Of a stretch of DNA of 64,000 nucleotides, positions 35,805 to 48,652 are shown one piece after another (positions within the stretch are counted from its first letter, which is position 1; every line of letters begins with the position of its first letter). The notes below the pieces were generated by a model. That model saw only the letters and a program-made list of their open reading frames with translations. It searched no databases and was not told the DNA's origin. Made by a program: the position numbers and the translations under genes. The DNA is taken from contig CM052816.1 in assembly GCA_028534125.1 (NCBI GenBank), forward strand, positions 43,712,001 to 43,776,000, read 5' to 3'. This stretch comes from Lama glama. Taxonomy: Eukaryota.

Positions 35805-35962
35805 TATTTGTGGGCTTGTAATGTTTTCTTCACTAGATTGTGTATTCCTTAAGAGAATGATGTCAAGAATGATCTGTACATTGTTGCACCTCCCAAAAGT
35901 CCAGTGCAACCTCTAGCACAGTCACTTTCACATCATTGGTGCTTAATAAGCATTTGTCGAAT
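35805..35962 (+). mobile_element. LINE-2 3' terminus
   Basis: CACTAGATTGTGTATTCCTTAAGAG…CTAGCACAGT…GGTGCTTAATAAGCATTTGTCGAAT. Confidence 0.75.
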
Positions 35963-37449
35963 CAAAATTAAGTTGTGCATTAATTTTAGTATTTCCATAC
36001 AGTGACTTCAGACAGAATATAGTAAGAAGAGTAAATGTCTGTAGGACTTACTTGAATTTCCCCTTAAGCACAATTTAACCTACCCAGTTTTAGAAACGTT
36101 TTCTATCCATTCCAAGTTTAACAATTCAATCATGGATATCTCCTCTAGAGCAAAGACTTTTTTTTTTTTAAAGTGTTTTAATGTGCTAAAACATAATTTT
36201 TTTATAAAGTTGAAAAATACATTGCTTTGAAAAGTCAGTTTAGTGTTTTTATTTTCACCCTCACTGAGTGAATAGAGAAAGTAGGCAGGGTTCTATTTGA
36301 AATATCCAGGATACTAGATGGATCTGATAACATTTTCAGGAATATGATTTTGGTGTGAGCACTCCCCAAATTTTGACAGTTCACCGTGTGCTCTTACATA
36401 GAATTTTGGTTTCATTTATGAATGCCTCAAGATCTCAGTTTTGTGGTCTAAACTGCTTTTGTCTCAAGGATACTAGGAACCCCTAGTATAGCTGATAATA
36501 GAACAATACAATTAGGACAAAAATGCAGTTAGAATAGACAGTCTGACATTCCTGGCAGCCGGGCACCTGCGCTTGATCTGGCCTTGTATCTTTTACTTTT
36601 TTTTTTTTTTTTGCTTTCACGTTTCTCTAGCTAGGTACCTGAGCCGCTAAGAAAATTTTGATGCAAATTATTTTCTTTCTTTCTGCTCATTCTCAAGAAA
36701 AAGATGCTTGGAATCATCCTAAGAGTTAAGCCAATCAGGATCCCATCCTCATTAAAGGATGTAAAATAAACAAAATGTAGGAGAGAGAAGTAAAAACAGA
36801 GATGTCTCTGAAGGCCCAAGGCTGTTGCCATATTTAACGAGTTATTAATGTTCTGAAAACAGAGTAAACATTGAAATCAGTAGGGTTAGAGATGATATTT
36901 AGCCCCTCAGAGTTCTGACAGACCAAACTGATGAGCGCAAGCTCTATCGTGGTGTGCCTGACACATGGCAGATGAGATTGACAGGGGGCAAGAGTGAGGG
37001 GAAAAAGAGCCACAAATATCTTCCTATATGTAGCTGAGCCTCTGGACTCTGGGAAACGTCCATTAGTGGGAAATGAAATCTCTGTGATGGATCATTTCCT
37101 GAACACTTCAACCCACCACTGGTGTAACTCAGCCCTGGAAATCAGCAAAATATGGACTAGCCTAAAAATTAAAATTAGAAACAGAATAGAAAATAACATT
37201 TTGTTCTTTTATAAAAACATGGTGCTTCTATGTTGATAAAATTGCATCAAATGCTAATTAAATAAGCATTTATTTTTGTATTTGTATTTACTGCTTATTG
37301 TCCTAAATATTTTCTATATTTAAATAGAAATATATTTTATTGTGTTATATTATGCAACTACATAACATGTAAGTAGGCTTATGTACTATTAAATAATATT
37401 AATTCTATATTATACTTAATGTCTAAATACAGTAATACTTAGAAAAGTT

Positions 37450-37530
37450 AAGTACTGCTATAATCCCCATTTTATAGATGAGGAAACAGAGGCATGGAGA
37501 GGCTGAATAAAACATGAGATGGAAGAGCCA
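37450..37530 (-). mobile_element. MIR core fragment
   Basis: ATCCCCATTTTATAGATGAGGAAACAGAGGCATGGAGAGG. Confidence 0.8.
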
Positions 37531-39679
37531 AAAAAATCATGATTAATGTAACTGAGGTGGTGGAGTTTCCAAATGTTTACAGATTTAAATATATAATACT
37601 CCATAATGTCTAGATATTCCAGATAATCGAAGAAATAATGTACACTAACACCAAATATAGGACTAGATGTTAGTGGAGTTTCTGTTTCTTAGATAAATGC
37701 ATAGTCACGTTAGCTGACTGCTAAAGGGCGCTACTGTAACGATAAAGCTGTCATTTATCATGTAATATTAATGTAAGTAATAGTAGTGGCTCACTACTCA
37801 GAAAACAAAGATAAAGTAAAACTGGGTGATAGCCAATAGCCAACGGGCAATCTTTCTTTCTATGTGAATATGCTCAAGGTTTAAAGATGAGCTCACACAG
37901 TGTATTTGTGGATCTGTTCAGCTCCACGTGTAAAAAATAAAGCAAAACCCAAGGACAAATGATAGAAACCTACTGGGAAAAAAAGGAATGCTGTTTCTCC
38001 CTCATGCTACCCATTTTCAAATGTTTTCTCAGCTTCAGAATAAGAAAATCATCATACTATGATAAGGAATCATAGTTCACAGTTGCTCCATTTGCTAATT
38101 AAGTCATTTAAAAATAAACATTGGAAAAAAAGCTGAAGTCGGGGTTTTTCTCTCATAGGCAATAAGACAGACTCACCCATACAGACAAGCATTTAATTGA
38201 AAATACTTTTAATTACTGTGAATTATCTCTTTCTTTCTTTACAGAAATACCTTCAGGAATGGCAGTTGAACTAAATTTTCATCTTATTTTGCTGAGGCAA
38301 TCTATTCCTGACTTGCTCTGCAGTTCAGGAAAGACCCTCCGGATGTACTAAATGTTTTCCTGACTGTATTTTTACAATATAAACAAAATAACGTCCTCTC
38401 AAAAAACAAATGAGTGTATTTACTTGGGAGAAAGCTGTGAAGAAGTTGATCATTACACTGAATATCCAGTTGTTAAAATCCTATCTCATATCAATAGAAT
38501 TTGAGTGAATTTATAATTTTAATTTGCTATAATTTATAGATTTCAGGTCATCTTTCATCTTAATCTTTGCTTCTTCTTAGGAAAAATAATGCCTGTCTTT
38601 GACTCAGAAAGGATGCTGGTAATTTGCATATGAGATGTATTTTATTAAGATATTTTTATATTTGAAAACTGTATCATCTTGGCATTATGTTGAGAAGAAA
38701 GTGCAGGTCAAGATTTATTGACTTCAGTCTCTTGATATGTGTATTAATCAGTTTTAAAATGGTAGAAACAAGCTGTCCTGCTACGTACACACTGGGGAAC
38801 AGTACTGCTCACAATCCTCAAAAAGTTTAACCTAAATCCAGATCTAGATCTCAGAAAAATAAAGCGTGAGATTCTGTGTTTCATGCCTGCTGTGGTTACA
38901 GGAAAAAAAAATCTGATCAATTAATTCTGCACTAATTCCCTCAAGACTCTATCCCCTTGGGGGGGAAACATGAACACAATTTGACTTATTTCAAATAGGT
39001 TGTGCTTATATTCCTGAAAATTGTCCCATTTCTTGGATCCATTTAAAATTTTTCTGTTGGCATAGCAACAGATTAAAAGATCTACCATGGTTTTTACCAC
39101 TTGCTTCATTCTTAAGAAAACAAAGTGTATATTTATTTTACATTTAATTACATCCTTTCTGCCCTCTTCTATCAGTCTATGCATGTGAGACTAACTCCTC
39201 TCTTATTCCTCTAAGTCATTCCTATAAGTCAACCCTATAGTAAATGTTATAATTCAAAACTATCATGCTAAAACAGCTCTTAAAAAACAAAAGTGTTTCA
39301 CTGAGGTCATTACTAGGTCATGTTCCTCTTGTGAAATGTTTATATGTAAATCACCAAACACTTTTAGTATCTGACCTGGAAAAAAAAAAAAGTCTCATCG
39401 ATTTTATTTACAATGCTGGATTTGAAAGCTTCTGTCAAAATATTACCCAAGTATTCTTTCCCTTTCTCTGGTAAATTATGTTTATAAATTCTTGGGGCAT
39501 AAGTTAATGTTTTGGGAAGGTACCTAGAATATAATACCTAAATAGCTTAGGAAAATTTCCTACTTTAAAAAATCAGAATTTGAAAATGTATGAACTCAGA
39601 AAACAGACTTTTCAGATCTCACCTGCACTGTTGGGGAGATACCAACCCCTGCCCACGAAGCCCACTGGATCTGCTTGCA

Positions 39680-39862
39680 ACAGGGACCCCCAACCCTGAT
39701 TGCACTTTGGAAACATCTGTGGGATTTTTAAAAACTGACCAGATCTCTTCCCACCCCTCACCCCAGTTGTTTTAATGCTTCTAGAGTGGGTTGCAAACGT
39801 GACTGTATTGTAATGCCGTCCCAGGAAATACTCACGTGCAGCCAGGGTGAAGAGCTGATAGT
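39680..39862. mobile_element. MER5A-like hAT MITE
   Basis: CAACCCTGATTGCACTTTGGAAACATCTGTGGGATTTTTAAAAA…CCCCAG…TCCCAGG…CACGTGCAGCCAGGGTGAAGA. Confidence 0.7.
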
Positions 39863-40240
39863 TTAGGACGGGAGAAGCAACATAAACTCATAGAAGCTTC
39901 CCTGGTCTGCAGGTCACCATCCATGTGAGTTGGACAGTAAGGTAAGTTGGAGGACAGGTCATTGAAGATTAAAAAAAAAATTAAGAAACTAAGAGGTCTG
40001 TTCTACTTTATCAATATCTCTTTAAAAACCAGGATGCCCAATATTAGGTAGTACCTAGACTTGGTCTTCAGTGTACGGAGCAAGGGAGTTAATACCTCTC
40101 TTTTTCTGGTTAGTATTTCTCTTCTTGAAGTCTATGGCTGTATTCATCTTTGCATACCTATATCATAATGTGTTGGTGCATTCACAACTGTGGGCAACTC
40201 TCCAAAAATAGTAAAATAAAATAAAACCGAATAAAATGAA

Positions 40241-40828
40241 TGTTGCCGAACCAGGTTCATTTACCCGACACTCAGCAATCCAAATACTGAGATGCCCAGG
40301 CTCGCAAAGACAGGGTTTATTCGTAAAGCAGCCAAGCAAGGAGACAGGAGAACTAATTTCAAATCCACCTCCCTGAAGGCAAAAAGCTGCAGTATTTGCA
40401 GCATGAAGAATAAGGCAGCAGGGCGGTCTGTGGCACGGGGAGCGTGGGGAAAGGTGATTAGAAACAAGAAAAAGGTACGGTAACTTTAGTTCTGCGCAGG
40501 CGCAGCCAAACTACGTCTTCACAGGACTTTGTTCAGAAGATGGCGGTGTTAGCATGATCTGATACTCCTACATAAGTATTGGGTTGAGGTCACCTTCTGA
40601 CATCAGGTCACCGAGCTGACATTCACGCATGCCCAATTGGAGGGTAGGTGGTCCTATTCTGTCTTAACTGGATTGAGTGAGCTGGAACTAGACACAGCGT
40701 CTTGTTCAGGCTACGTGCCACTTGGAGAACTTGCAAGTTTTTCTGTAGCAACAATTAAAACTAGATCTTGATTAGTGAAAGCAGATTACAAGTGTAATGA
40801 ATTTAACTGATGATTACCCACAGTTTTA
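40241..40828 (-). mobile_element. ERV1-class solo LTR (MER4-group-like)
   Basis: Starts TGTTGCCGAACCAGGTTC; GGGTTTATTC gives AATAAA on minus strand; GGAGACAGGAGAACTAATTTCAAATCCACCTCCCTGAAGG; about 590 bp; flanks TGAA/TTAA may be a degenerate 4-bp TSD. Confidence 0.75.
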
Positions 40829-41789
40829 TTAACAGCAGTTAAGCTTAGTTCCTCTTATCTAAATTTGTAGAATTAAATTCCTAAAATGATGCACAATCTT
40901 ATTTGTTTTTGTAGAATCTTATCATTCTTATTCTGTCATCCAAGCTCTATCATTCAAAATCTTCATTTCCTCTCCCTGTCTCGTGTAATATGTATGGTCT
41001 CCAAAATAGGAAGATGACTCTTGAGAAACCCAAAGGTTTAGATTGTGTTTCTGGATGTCATATCCAAATGTCAGTAGATAACTTGCTTAATTTCTTATCA
41101 TTCATTTTATTTAGGAAAATAAGAATAGTGATTCTGGGTCAGACTAATTTCATGTAGCCAGGAAATGGCATCATGGATTGTCCTTCAGAATAGATTTTGC
41201 AGCACATTTGTTAAACGTCCCAGATTTCATTAGTATTTAGCATGAACATATTTATGGTCTGAGCTACGGTTTTAAGCTCCTCAAACCTTCTCAAAACTTG
41301 AGTATTTGTTGACTTAAAAATTTTAAATTGCATACGGTTGTTACCTTGTTGACTCAAGTTTAAAATGAAAGGGTACTGGATTTTTTTCCCGTTCTGCTTA
41401 CAGTATGGATTTGACTACTCCCATCAGTACTCCTGTGCCCTTCTCCCCTCTTATTATGCACCTTATGAATTTGCCATTTATGAGAAAATGCCACATTTTA
41501 AACCTGACATCCACTGAGAACACCTTATTTAGCACTGAAGAATTTAGTTCTGATAACTCTCAAGATAACAGCATTATAATTACTATTAAAAATAAAACTA
41601 GTGAGCGATGTTTAAGATTTTGTTGTTGTTTCTTTTGTCCTTAGAATACATTCCATGAAGGATGTACAAGTACTTTATTCAAAATATAATTAAGATGAGC
41701 CTTTCCTCTAGATGATTGTATTACCAATTTACTACACAGTTAGGTTCACTTGTTTCATTATTTTCAGCTTTAAAGATTGTTTTTTTTCT

Positions 41790-42335
41790 CTTCAAATTAT
41801 TATTTTTTTCAATCAGTAAAATATTTACATGATTTTAAAGTCAAAATTATATTTAAAGGCATATTCAGAGAAGTCTCACTTAAATCTCTATTCTCTCCAC
41901 TTTTTCCCCCTTCAATCCATAGATGTTTCTTTTTTTCCAAAAATAATTATAAGTATATATATATATACTTTTTCTTATACACATGTGTATGTGTGTGTAT
42001 ATGTTTTTCTTTGTATACAGAAGATAGTATACTGTGTGTGCCTTGTTGCATCTTATTTTTCATAAAATAATATATCCTGAAGATCATGCAATAGCATATA
42101 CAGAGATCTTTCTCACCTTTTTATGCCTACATTTGTGGATGTACCTTAGTTTATACAAACAGACTCATGTTAATGAACATTTGGGTTGTTTGCTGTCTGA
42201 GGTTATTACAGAACACTACAATAATCAATAATGGTGCACAGATGTGGTTTTACATGTGTAGGGAAATATCTTCAGTGTAGATTCCTGGAGGTGAGACTGC
42301 CTAAGTCCAAAGGAAAATGCCTCTGTCATTTTCTG
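41790..42335 (-). mobile_element. old L1ME-type 3' region
   Basis: TGTGGATGTACCTTAGTTTAT…AATGAACATTTGGGTTGTTT…TAGATTCCTGGAGGTGAGACTGC…AAAGGAAAATGC. Confidence 0.8.
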
Positions 42336-42457
42336 GCTGGTAATTTTATTCTTGCCTTCCTGTGATAGACTCTATCTAGCAATGAATGATGTATAATTAT
42401 ATTTTTCTGTTATTAAATTTTTGGCTAACAATTTATGTAGGAGTATCAAGAAATGTT

Positions 42458-42803
42458 TGTTAAAGGCTGAATTGTGTTCCCCCCAAATTCATGGTTGAAG
42501 CCCTCTCAGTGTGACTATATTTGGAGATAGGGATTTAAAGAGCTAATTAAGATTAAGTGAGGTCTGAAGGGTGGGGCCCTAATCCAGTCTGACTCCCGTC
42601 CTAACAAGTAGAGGGTGTGTTTTAGTGTACACCGAGAAAAGGCCGTGCGCGGACAGGAGGGGAAGGGGGCCCTCTGCAAGCAAAACCTGTCCACACGTTG
42701 ATCTTGGACTTCGAGCCTCAAGGGCTGTAAGAAAACACATGTTTATTGTTTAAACCATCCAATCTGTGCTATTTTTTTGTGGCAGCCCTAGCGAACTAAT
42801 ACG
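42458..42803 (+). mobile_element. MaLR solo LTR (MLT1A0/B-like) with intact TSD
   Basis: TGTTAAAGGCTGAATTGTGTTCCCCCCAAATTCAT…GTGACTATATTTGGAGATAGGG…TTGATCTTGGACTTC…GGCAGCCCTAGCGAACTAATACG; perfect TSD ATGTT at 42453-42457 and 42804-42808. Confidence 0.93.
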
Positions 42804-42879
42804 ATGTTTGTGTGTGAAGTTTGATTTTCGTTTTTTCTTGTGTAGTTTCTATCAGATTAAAATTGGGATATGGTGAGTG

Positions 42880-43335
42880 CATTCGTTCATTCTTTTAGTT
42901 AATATTTATTGAAGGATTACTGTACACTTCACTGTGCACAGCATGAGGAGCTGGGATACAATTGCGAGAAGAACGGAGAAGATGCCTGCCCTTATCAAGC
43001 TTATCCTCTAGTAGGGAAGATCGAAGTTGACTGAAGTACCACAGAGCAATTGCAAATTGACATCAGTGCAGTGAAGCAACTCAGTTTTATGATGGAAGAT
43101 AGCAAAGAAACAAGGTTTAAACTAAATAATCAGGAAGAGCGTTCCAGGGAAAGGGATAATTAACCCGGATACAATAGAATCGGAAAAGATAGGAAAGTTT
43201 TGTGGGCAAAAAGAACAATACTATGAGGGAAGGTCATGAGCTGAAGGAGCCGACTGTGACAACATCAGGGAGGCCACAGAAGGCTGAGTGACTTGCGTGA
43301 GAGTAGGGGGAGAGCAGAGAGGGTCTGGCTGGGAC
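42880..43335 (-). mobile_element. LINE-2 3' end
   Basis: CATTCGTTCATTC…AATATTTATTGA, GCTGGGATACAA, CCTGCCCTTATCAAGCTTATCCTCTAGTAGGGAAGA. Confidence 0.8.
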
Positions 43336-43339
43336 GAAG

Positions 43340-43675
43340 GGTGTATTCTTTTTGGTCCCCAAGAACACCTAGTACTTTGCCATGTAAACGTTTGCTATGT
43401 ATGTGATGAAAATAATAATCTCTGAACTTTGAAAGCATGTTTTCTGTGTCAGGCACTTTACATGTATCCATTCATGTGAGTTTATCAACCCTTGTAAAAC
43501 TAGTTACGTCTGGGTTTTACTAGTAAGGGAATAGCTAGTTATGTAGTGGAACTTAGATTGGAAGCCGACTAGCTGCTAGGGTCCACACCCTAAATCGCAA
43601 TGCTGTAATTAATGCTTTTCTGGAATGAAGGAGTGAATGAATAAGTGAATGAATGGGTGAATGAATGAATGAAAT
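43340..43675 (+). mobile_element. LINE-2 3' terminus with (GAAT)n tail, split by an antisense MIR at about 43410-43605
   Basis: TCCCCAAGAACACCTAGTAC, then MIR-like TGTGTCAGGCACTTTACATGTATCCATTCATG, then (GAAT)n at about 43624-43672. Confidence 0.65.
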
Positions 43676-43787
43676 CGATTCGATCTGAGATCCTGCACAC
43701 TAAAATATGAGCATGTTTTCCTTGGACTGTTGTGCATTAGCTTGATGACTTCCATTTGGTGAGCACTTTATTAAAAGCTAAAATAAG

Positions 43788-43856
43788 GACCACTATTTAC
43801 TGAGCACTTATCTGCCAGGCCCTGTGCAAAAACTATACATGCATTATTTCAGTTAT
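43788..43856 (-). mobile_element. MIR tail fragment
   Basis: ATTTACTGAGCACTTATCTGCCAGGCCCTGTGCAAAAACTATACATGCATTATTTCA. Confidence 0.75.
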
Positions 43857-45289
43857 TTGTTTATATACGCATAAACCAAGTTAGTCTGTGAACTCACTGA
43901 GATGAGGGCCTTGGCTTATTCATCTTGGTACCAACAGTGCTTGACTTATTGTTTGTCTTCAGTAAATCTACTTTTCCCTTTCTGTCGTTTTGCTCCATAT
44001 TTAAGTGCAATTTTAATTGCTTAAGTGCAGGGAGAAGGAGTAGGTGACCTTTTAAGAACTTCCAGGAGCTGTAATTCTGAATGTCCAATCAAACTGCTGT
44101 TGACTCAAACTACTTTTAGGATGTAGCAGCAGGCCCAGTTAATTGAAAGAGTGTCCTTAAATTCAAAAAAGGCTGATGCAGAAAGATGCTTATAATTTTC
44201 AGCCAAATGTACTTTCCCTAAAATGTGCTTTCACATGCCTAATGAAGTTATTTACTCTGATACTCCATTCACATTGAAAAGAGTTGGAAATAAATATTTT
44301 TAAAGAGGTGATATTGTTGCAAGAGTTTTATGATTATTTATCTGGGTTCTAATCCACCTGAAATGATTTCATCCTCAGGCATGCCTCGGGCCAAAACAGT
44401 GTGAGGAGAGCTAGGGCTGACCACAGCCCCCAGTTCTCCATACCCTTCTATTTATAAAACTAACATCATAAAGGGATGTTGCAAAATATTGAGGTTAAAA
44501 ATTAATTCCAATAAAATACATTCTAAACTTATAATAAGATATTAAAAAAGTGATTACTACAATGCAAGTTAAATCACCTACAGTTAAATAATTATTATTA
44601 TATTATTACATATTATATATTACTTATAAAGCTATTAATCCAGTTTAACAACATCCAGGGCATTTGTGTTAAGAAATTGCCAAAAAGCACTAAACAGAAT
44701 TTACAGGGATGAATAAAAAGCATAATTATGAAGTAGACTTGGGATAGTCCAGTTGGTAAATGGGGCTGTGAAATTGCCTTTTGTTAAAGAGGAGTATTAA
44801 TGACTATATTAGTACCTGACTAATATTTTATGATACTTAGTCTGCTATTATGTGAAATGTGTCATACATCATCCAATGTGATAGTTTAGAAATAGTTTCA
44901 ATGTCTATTTTATACCTTGCTAATGAATTACAATCTGTTGATACTGAATATCTGCTAGAATAATTTTAAAATGCAATATGTGTGGTTAATGATAACCAAG
45001 AGAAATTACTGAAACTTGCACAATTTCCTTTTAAAGAGTGCATTCTGTGCAAGTTTTGGTGAATAAGTAATATCTGATCAGATGGAAATTTTTCTATCCT
45101 AATAGTCGCCAGCACACACTTACATGTCAAAATACTCACAATTTGATAATTACATGACAGAAAGGGCAATAGAAACTTGATCAGCTTTCAGAGAAGCTGA
45201 ATTTTGAATGTAAAAGAAGTATACACAGTATTACTTGCAAAGAGGAAATAAATTTGCATAAAATTAGATGAGGAGGTTATGTTGTATGA

Positions 45290-47250
45290 TTCCTTCTGTG
45301 GTTCTCCACAGGGTAGCCCCGTCTCCCTCTGCTTCCTCTGTGTGAGTTTATTCCACGATTTAGCTCTTAGCTCTTTGGTCTCTTGTTGTTGCAGCTGTCA
45401 TGAATTCAGGGGTTACATCTACTCTCACATTTTAACGTTCATCTTTACATGAATGATACTTACAGCCTGCATCTTCAGTCTTGGCCGGCAGAACCTCAGT
45501 CTCCTATCTCATGCATCTAGTGGAACATTTCAGTTTGACTCCTGGCTATCACTTCAGCTTGTTTAGTGTCTAAAATTGCATGTACATATCTCCTGGCTCC
45601 TTTTCTAGGCATCTCTACTTGTTAATAACTCCCAAGCTATCATTCTAACCCAGTCCTGGAGCGCCTGTTTTTGTCAGAATGGCCAGCTCTCTCCCACACC
45701 CAGGCCTATGAAACTCAATAGTTTCGCCCCTGCAATGAATGTTAGTGTCGTAAGTACCCAATTCTATGGTAGGTGCTAGAGATAAACAGATGAAAACCTC
45801 CCTGCTCTCAGGGAACTCTCAGAAAACCTACACGTTGATTTTTTTCCCTATGGTGTTAACTGTATTACACTCTAGTGTGACACTGTGTGAGCCTGTGTGA
45901 AGTACTTCGAAGGCCTTGGGCCTAGACTTGCTGGAAGAATTCCATAAGAAGGAATCCTGGAAGAATCAAGATTTATACAAGTCTTAAAGGCTAAGATTCC
46001 CATAGAAGAGAAATGGATGGAAGACTTTGCTGGCAGAGCAATTTACTTCACAAAAATTAAATTTTATCTGTAATTTCTCTCGTGTATTTTCTCTCCTCCC
46101 TGTACATGACCAAAACCCCGTCTAGACTTTAATGTGCTCACGACAGGCCTCAGCAATTGCTTAAAGTTCTGATTTTAGGCTTAGTCTTCCTTGTTCCAGT
46201 TATACAACATGACAGATGTACCACACCTGTTTACATTGTCTAACATCTTATCATAATAAGATTCAGAAATCTTAACCTGAAAATCAATGCCTTTGTAGTC
46301 TGACACCAAACTTCCATTGTAATTCTATTTCCTACTATTAGGATGCAATGACCTACAAATAAACGAAAGAAGAAATCCAAGAAAATTTATATGTTCTCCA
46401 AAAGGGACGTACTTGTGGTTTTCTAATGATGCACTGGGGGATTATGTAGCATGTGGTTCTGGGGTAAAGGGAGACCTGAGTTCAAATTCCTACTGTGTGG
46501 CGCTGGGCTGCGTTTTAACCTCTCGCTGCATTAGGGTTGTCATTTGTGAAAGGAGAGGAAACTATTCTTAAGTACATACTGTGTGTGACTCTGGACCGGG
46601 AACTGTTTCAGGCACTGGGGATATTGTGGTTGAACAAGTCCTAGCCTTCCTGGATCTTGCATTAAAAAGGTAAATAAGCAAAAAAAAAAAAAGATATATC
46701 TTTTGATGATGAAAACATCATGAAGAAAACGAATCAGCCTAGTGAGAGAAAGAGAGAGAGAGGATGGTAGGGGTGGGAAGGCCATTTTAGGTAGGGGGGT
46801 CATGAATGGGCCCATCTGATCTCATAGAGTTTTTGTGAAGATGACATGTGCTAACAGTGCCAGGCACAGCGTAAACTCCAAGGGACTCATAGCGTTTAGA
46901 TTATCCTTCTATTTAACTCCTCTGAATCTTGACGCTTACTATTCTCCCTGTTTGGAATGTGCATCTTCCTCTCTGCTCAATCTTGCAGCTTCTTCAAGGC
47001 ACATTTGAAGCCCTACCTCCTTCTCGGCCTTGCCTCCTTCATGCTCTTGCATAATGCATATCCAAACCCCAGGAATCAACAATATTCTGATTTAAAAGTA
47101 CTCGCAGATATCTGGCATTCAATCATGTACATCCTTGTGAACTCTCTTGACTTACATTATTTTGAATTTTTGTATTATGACTTAACTTCCCATATATGAA
47201 TATTTGTTATTCCAAAGTAGTGTATAAGCTCTCCAAGGACAGGGTGAGAC
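45290..47250 (+). mobile_element. fragmented LINE-2 hosting nested L2(-) and MIR insertions
   Basis: L2(+)-like pieces at about 45290-45720, 46075-46330 and 46925-47250 (CTTCTTCAAGGCACATTTGAAG, TAGTGTATAAGCTCTCCAAGGACAGGG); L2(-) at about 45745-46055 and 46566-46815; MIR(+) halves at about 46440-46566 and 46815-46905. Confidence 0.6.
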
Positions 47251-48134
47251 CTGGGCTTTGGACTTAAAAAAAGGGAAAGGAGGGAAAGATTATGTATATT
47301 AAAGAGATTTGATAGGTATTTGCTGATACACTAACAAAATATGTTATAACCTTGACTCCAGTGCAGAAGGAGTTATTCTGCATATGGATTATGTGGCCTG
47401 GAGACCTACAGATGGGTATGGGCAGTTAAGATCAATATTTAGATTAGCCTTCAGAGTTCAAGGATATAAATTCACACAAAAAAGTCTACATCAATGGCTT
47501 GTTATCACTGTGAAAATGTTTCCTGTTTTGTAGCACTTCAATCAAAAAGTATTGTATAAGCTTATTAAAATATTTGCTTTTAACACAAAGATGACGCCAC
47601 ATACAGTGGGTTGGGGAAGAGTAATATTTACAATCCTAATTTAAAAAACAGTTTATTTAAAGAACATATCCAATTTGAAGAGAATGGGAATTTAAGACCG
47701 TACATTATTGCTTTGCCGCCTGCAATAGAAGCTGGGGGAAAAATGGCAGCCACAGCGCTTTATGCCTACAACCATCATCTAGATGAAGCTCTGGTGTCTG
47801 CTTCATTTCCCAAATTGGGTAATTGCAGCTGAGAAGAGATACTGAAGTTTCCTAATGTCAGGGAGTCAATAACATCATCTTTGTATACAAAGCATAGCCC
47901 GTAAGTGCTAAAGTTTCTTTGTGTCTTTCTGTGTAATTCTCTTTTCGTGAAATGAAATCTAGTCCACCAGAGGAAACAAACCCTGCACCAGCCCTTCGTA
48001 CACACAGCCAGGGAAGGGCAAGCAATTATTCAGCATGTGAGGCTCAGTTATCATGTCTTTTTTGTTCAACTACTCGTCCGGATGTTTTCTTTTATCTTCT
48101 CTTAGTCTTAAGAAACAAAACAAAGCTTGAGAAA

Positions 48135-48480
48135 ATATAAGAGCAATAAAATTTTATGGCAAAAAAAGAAACTAAGGAAAAAGCAAAGGGTAGGAAATGA
48201 AAACCTTTGAAAAGCCTGTCATCCAGAAATAACATTAGTCTGTTATTATATATTTGCTCACATTAATTTCTGTACATGTATGTGTATCAGAAAAGTTGCA
48301 TTTTATTCAAACGGTTTGTGACCTGCTTTGCCATTAATAATGTACTGCGAACATTTTCCACGTCACCAAATACTCTACAATACATTCATTTTTATGGCTA
48401 CCTGGATTCCTTATCCAGATGTGCCTGAATATATTTAGCTAAAAGCCTATTTTTGTTTCTTTATTAAGCTTTCATTTTTC
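48135..48480 (-). mobile_element. old L1ME-type fragment
   Basis: CATCCAGAAATAAC…GTTTGTGACCTGCTTT…GAACATTTTCCACGTCACCAAATA…TTTTATGGCTAC. Confidence 0.65.
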
Positions 48481-48652
48481 TTTGACACAATACAGTATGG
48501 CTTGAAGTTTAACATATTCTTAATTTTTCTTCTGATTCTTGCCTTTTTATTTCTATTGGATGTGTTCGTGAATGCACATACATAGACACACATACACACA
48601 TACACATTAGGCAGAGCTCCTAAGTTAGAACTAGCATTCAGCTATATAGTTA

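Noticed and set aside
37050..37240. Possible hAT-Charlie MER fragment
   Set aside because: Only vague resemblance and no terminal inverted repeats identified.
38220..38350. Strong plus-strand acceptor (TCTTTCTTTCTTTACAG)
   Set aside because: No good downstream donor and the frames checked close early; such tracts are common in introns.
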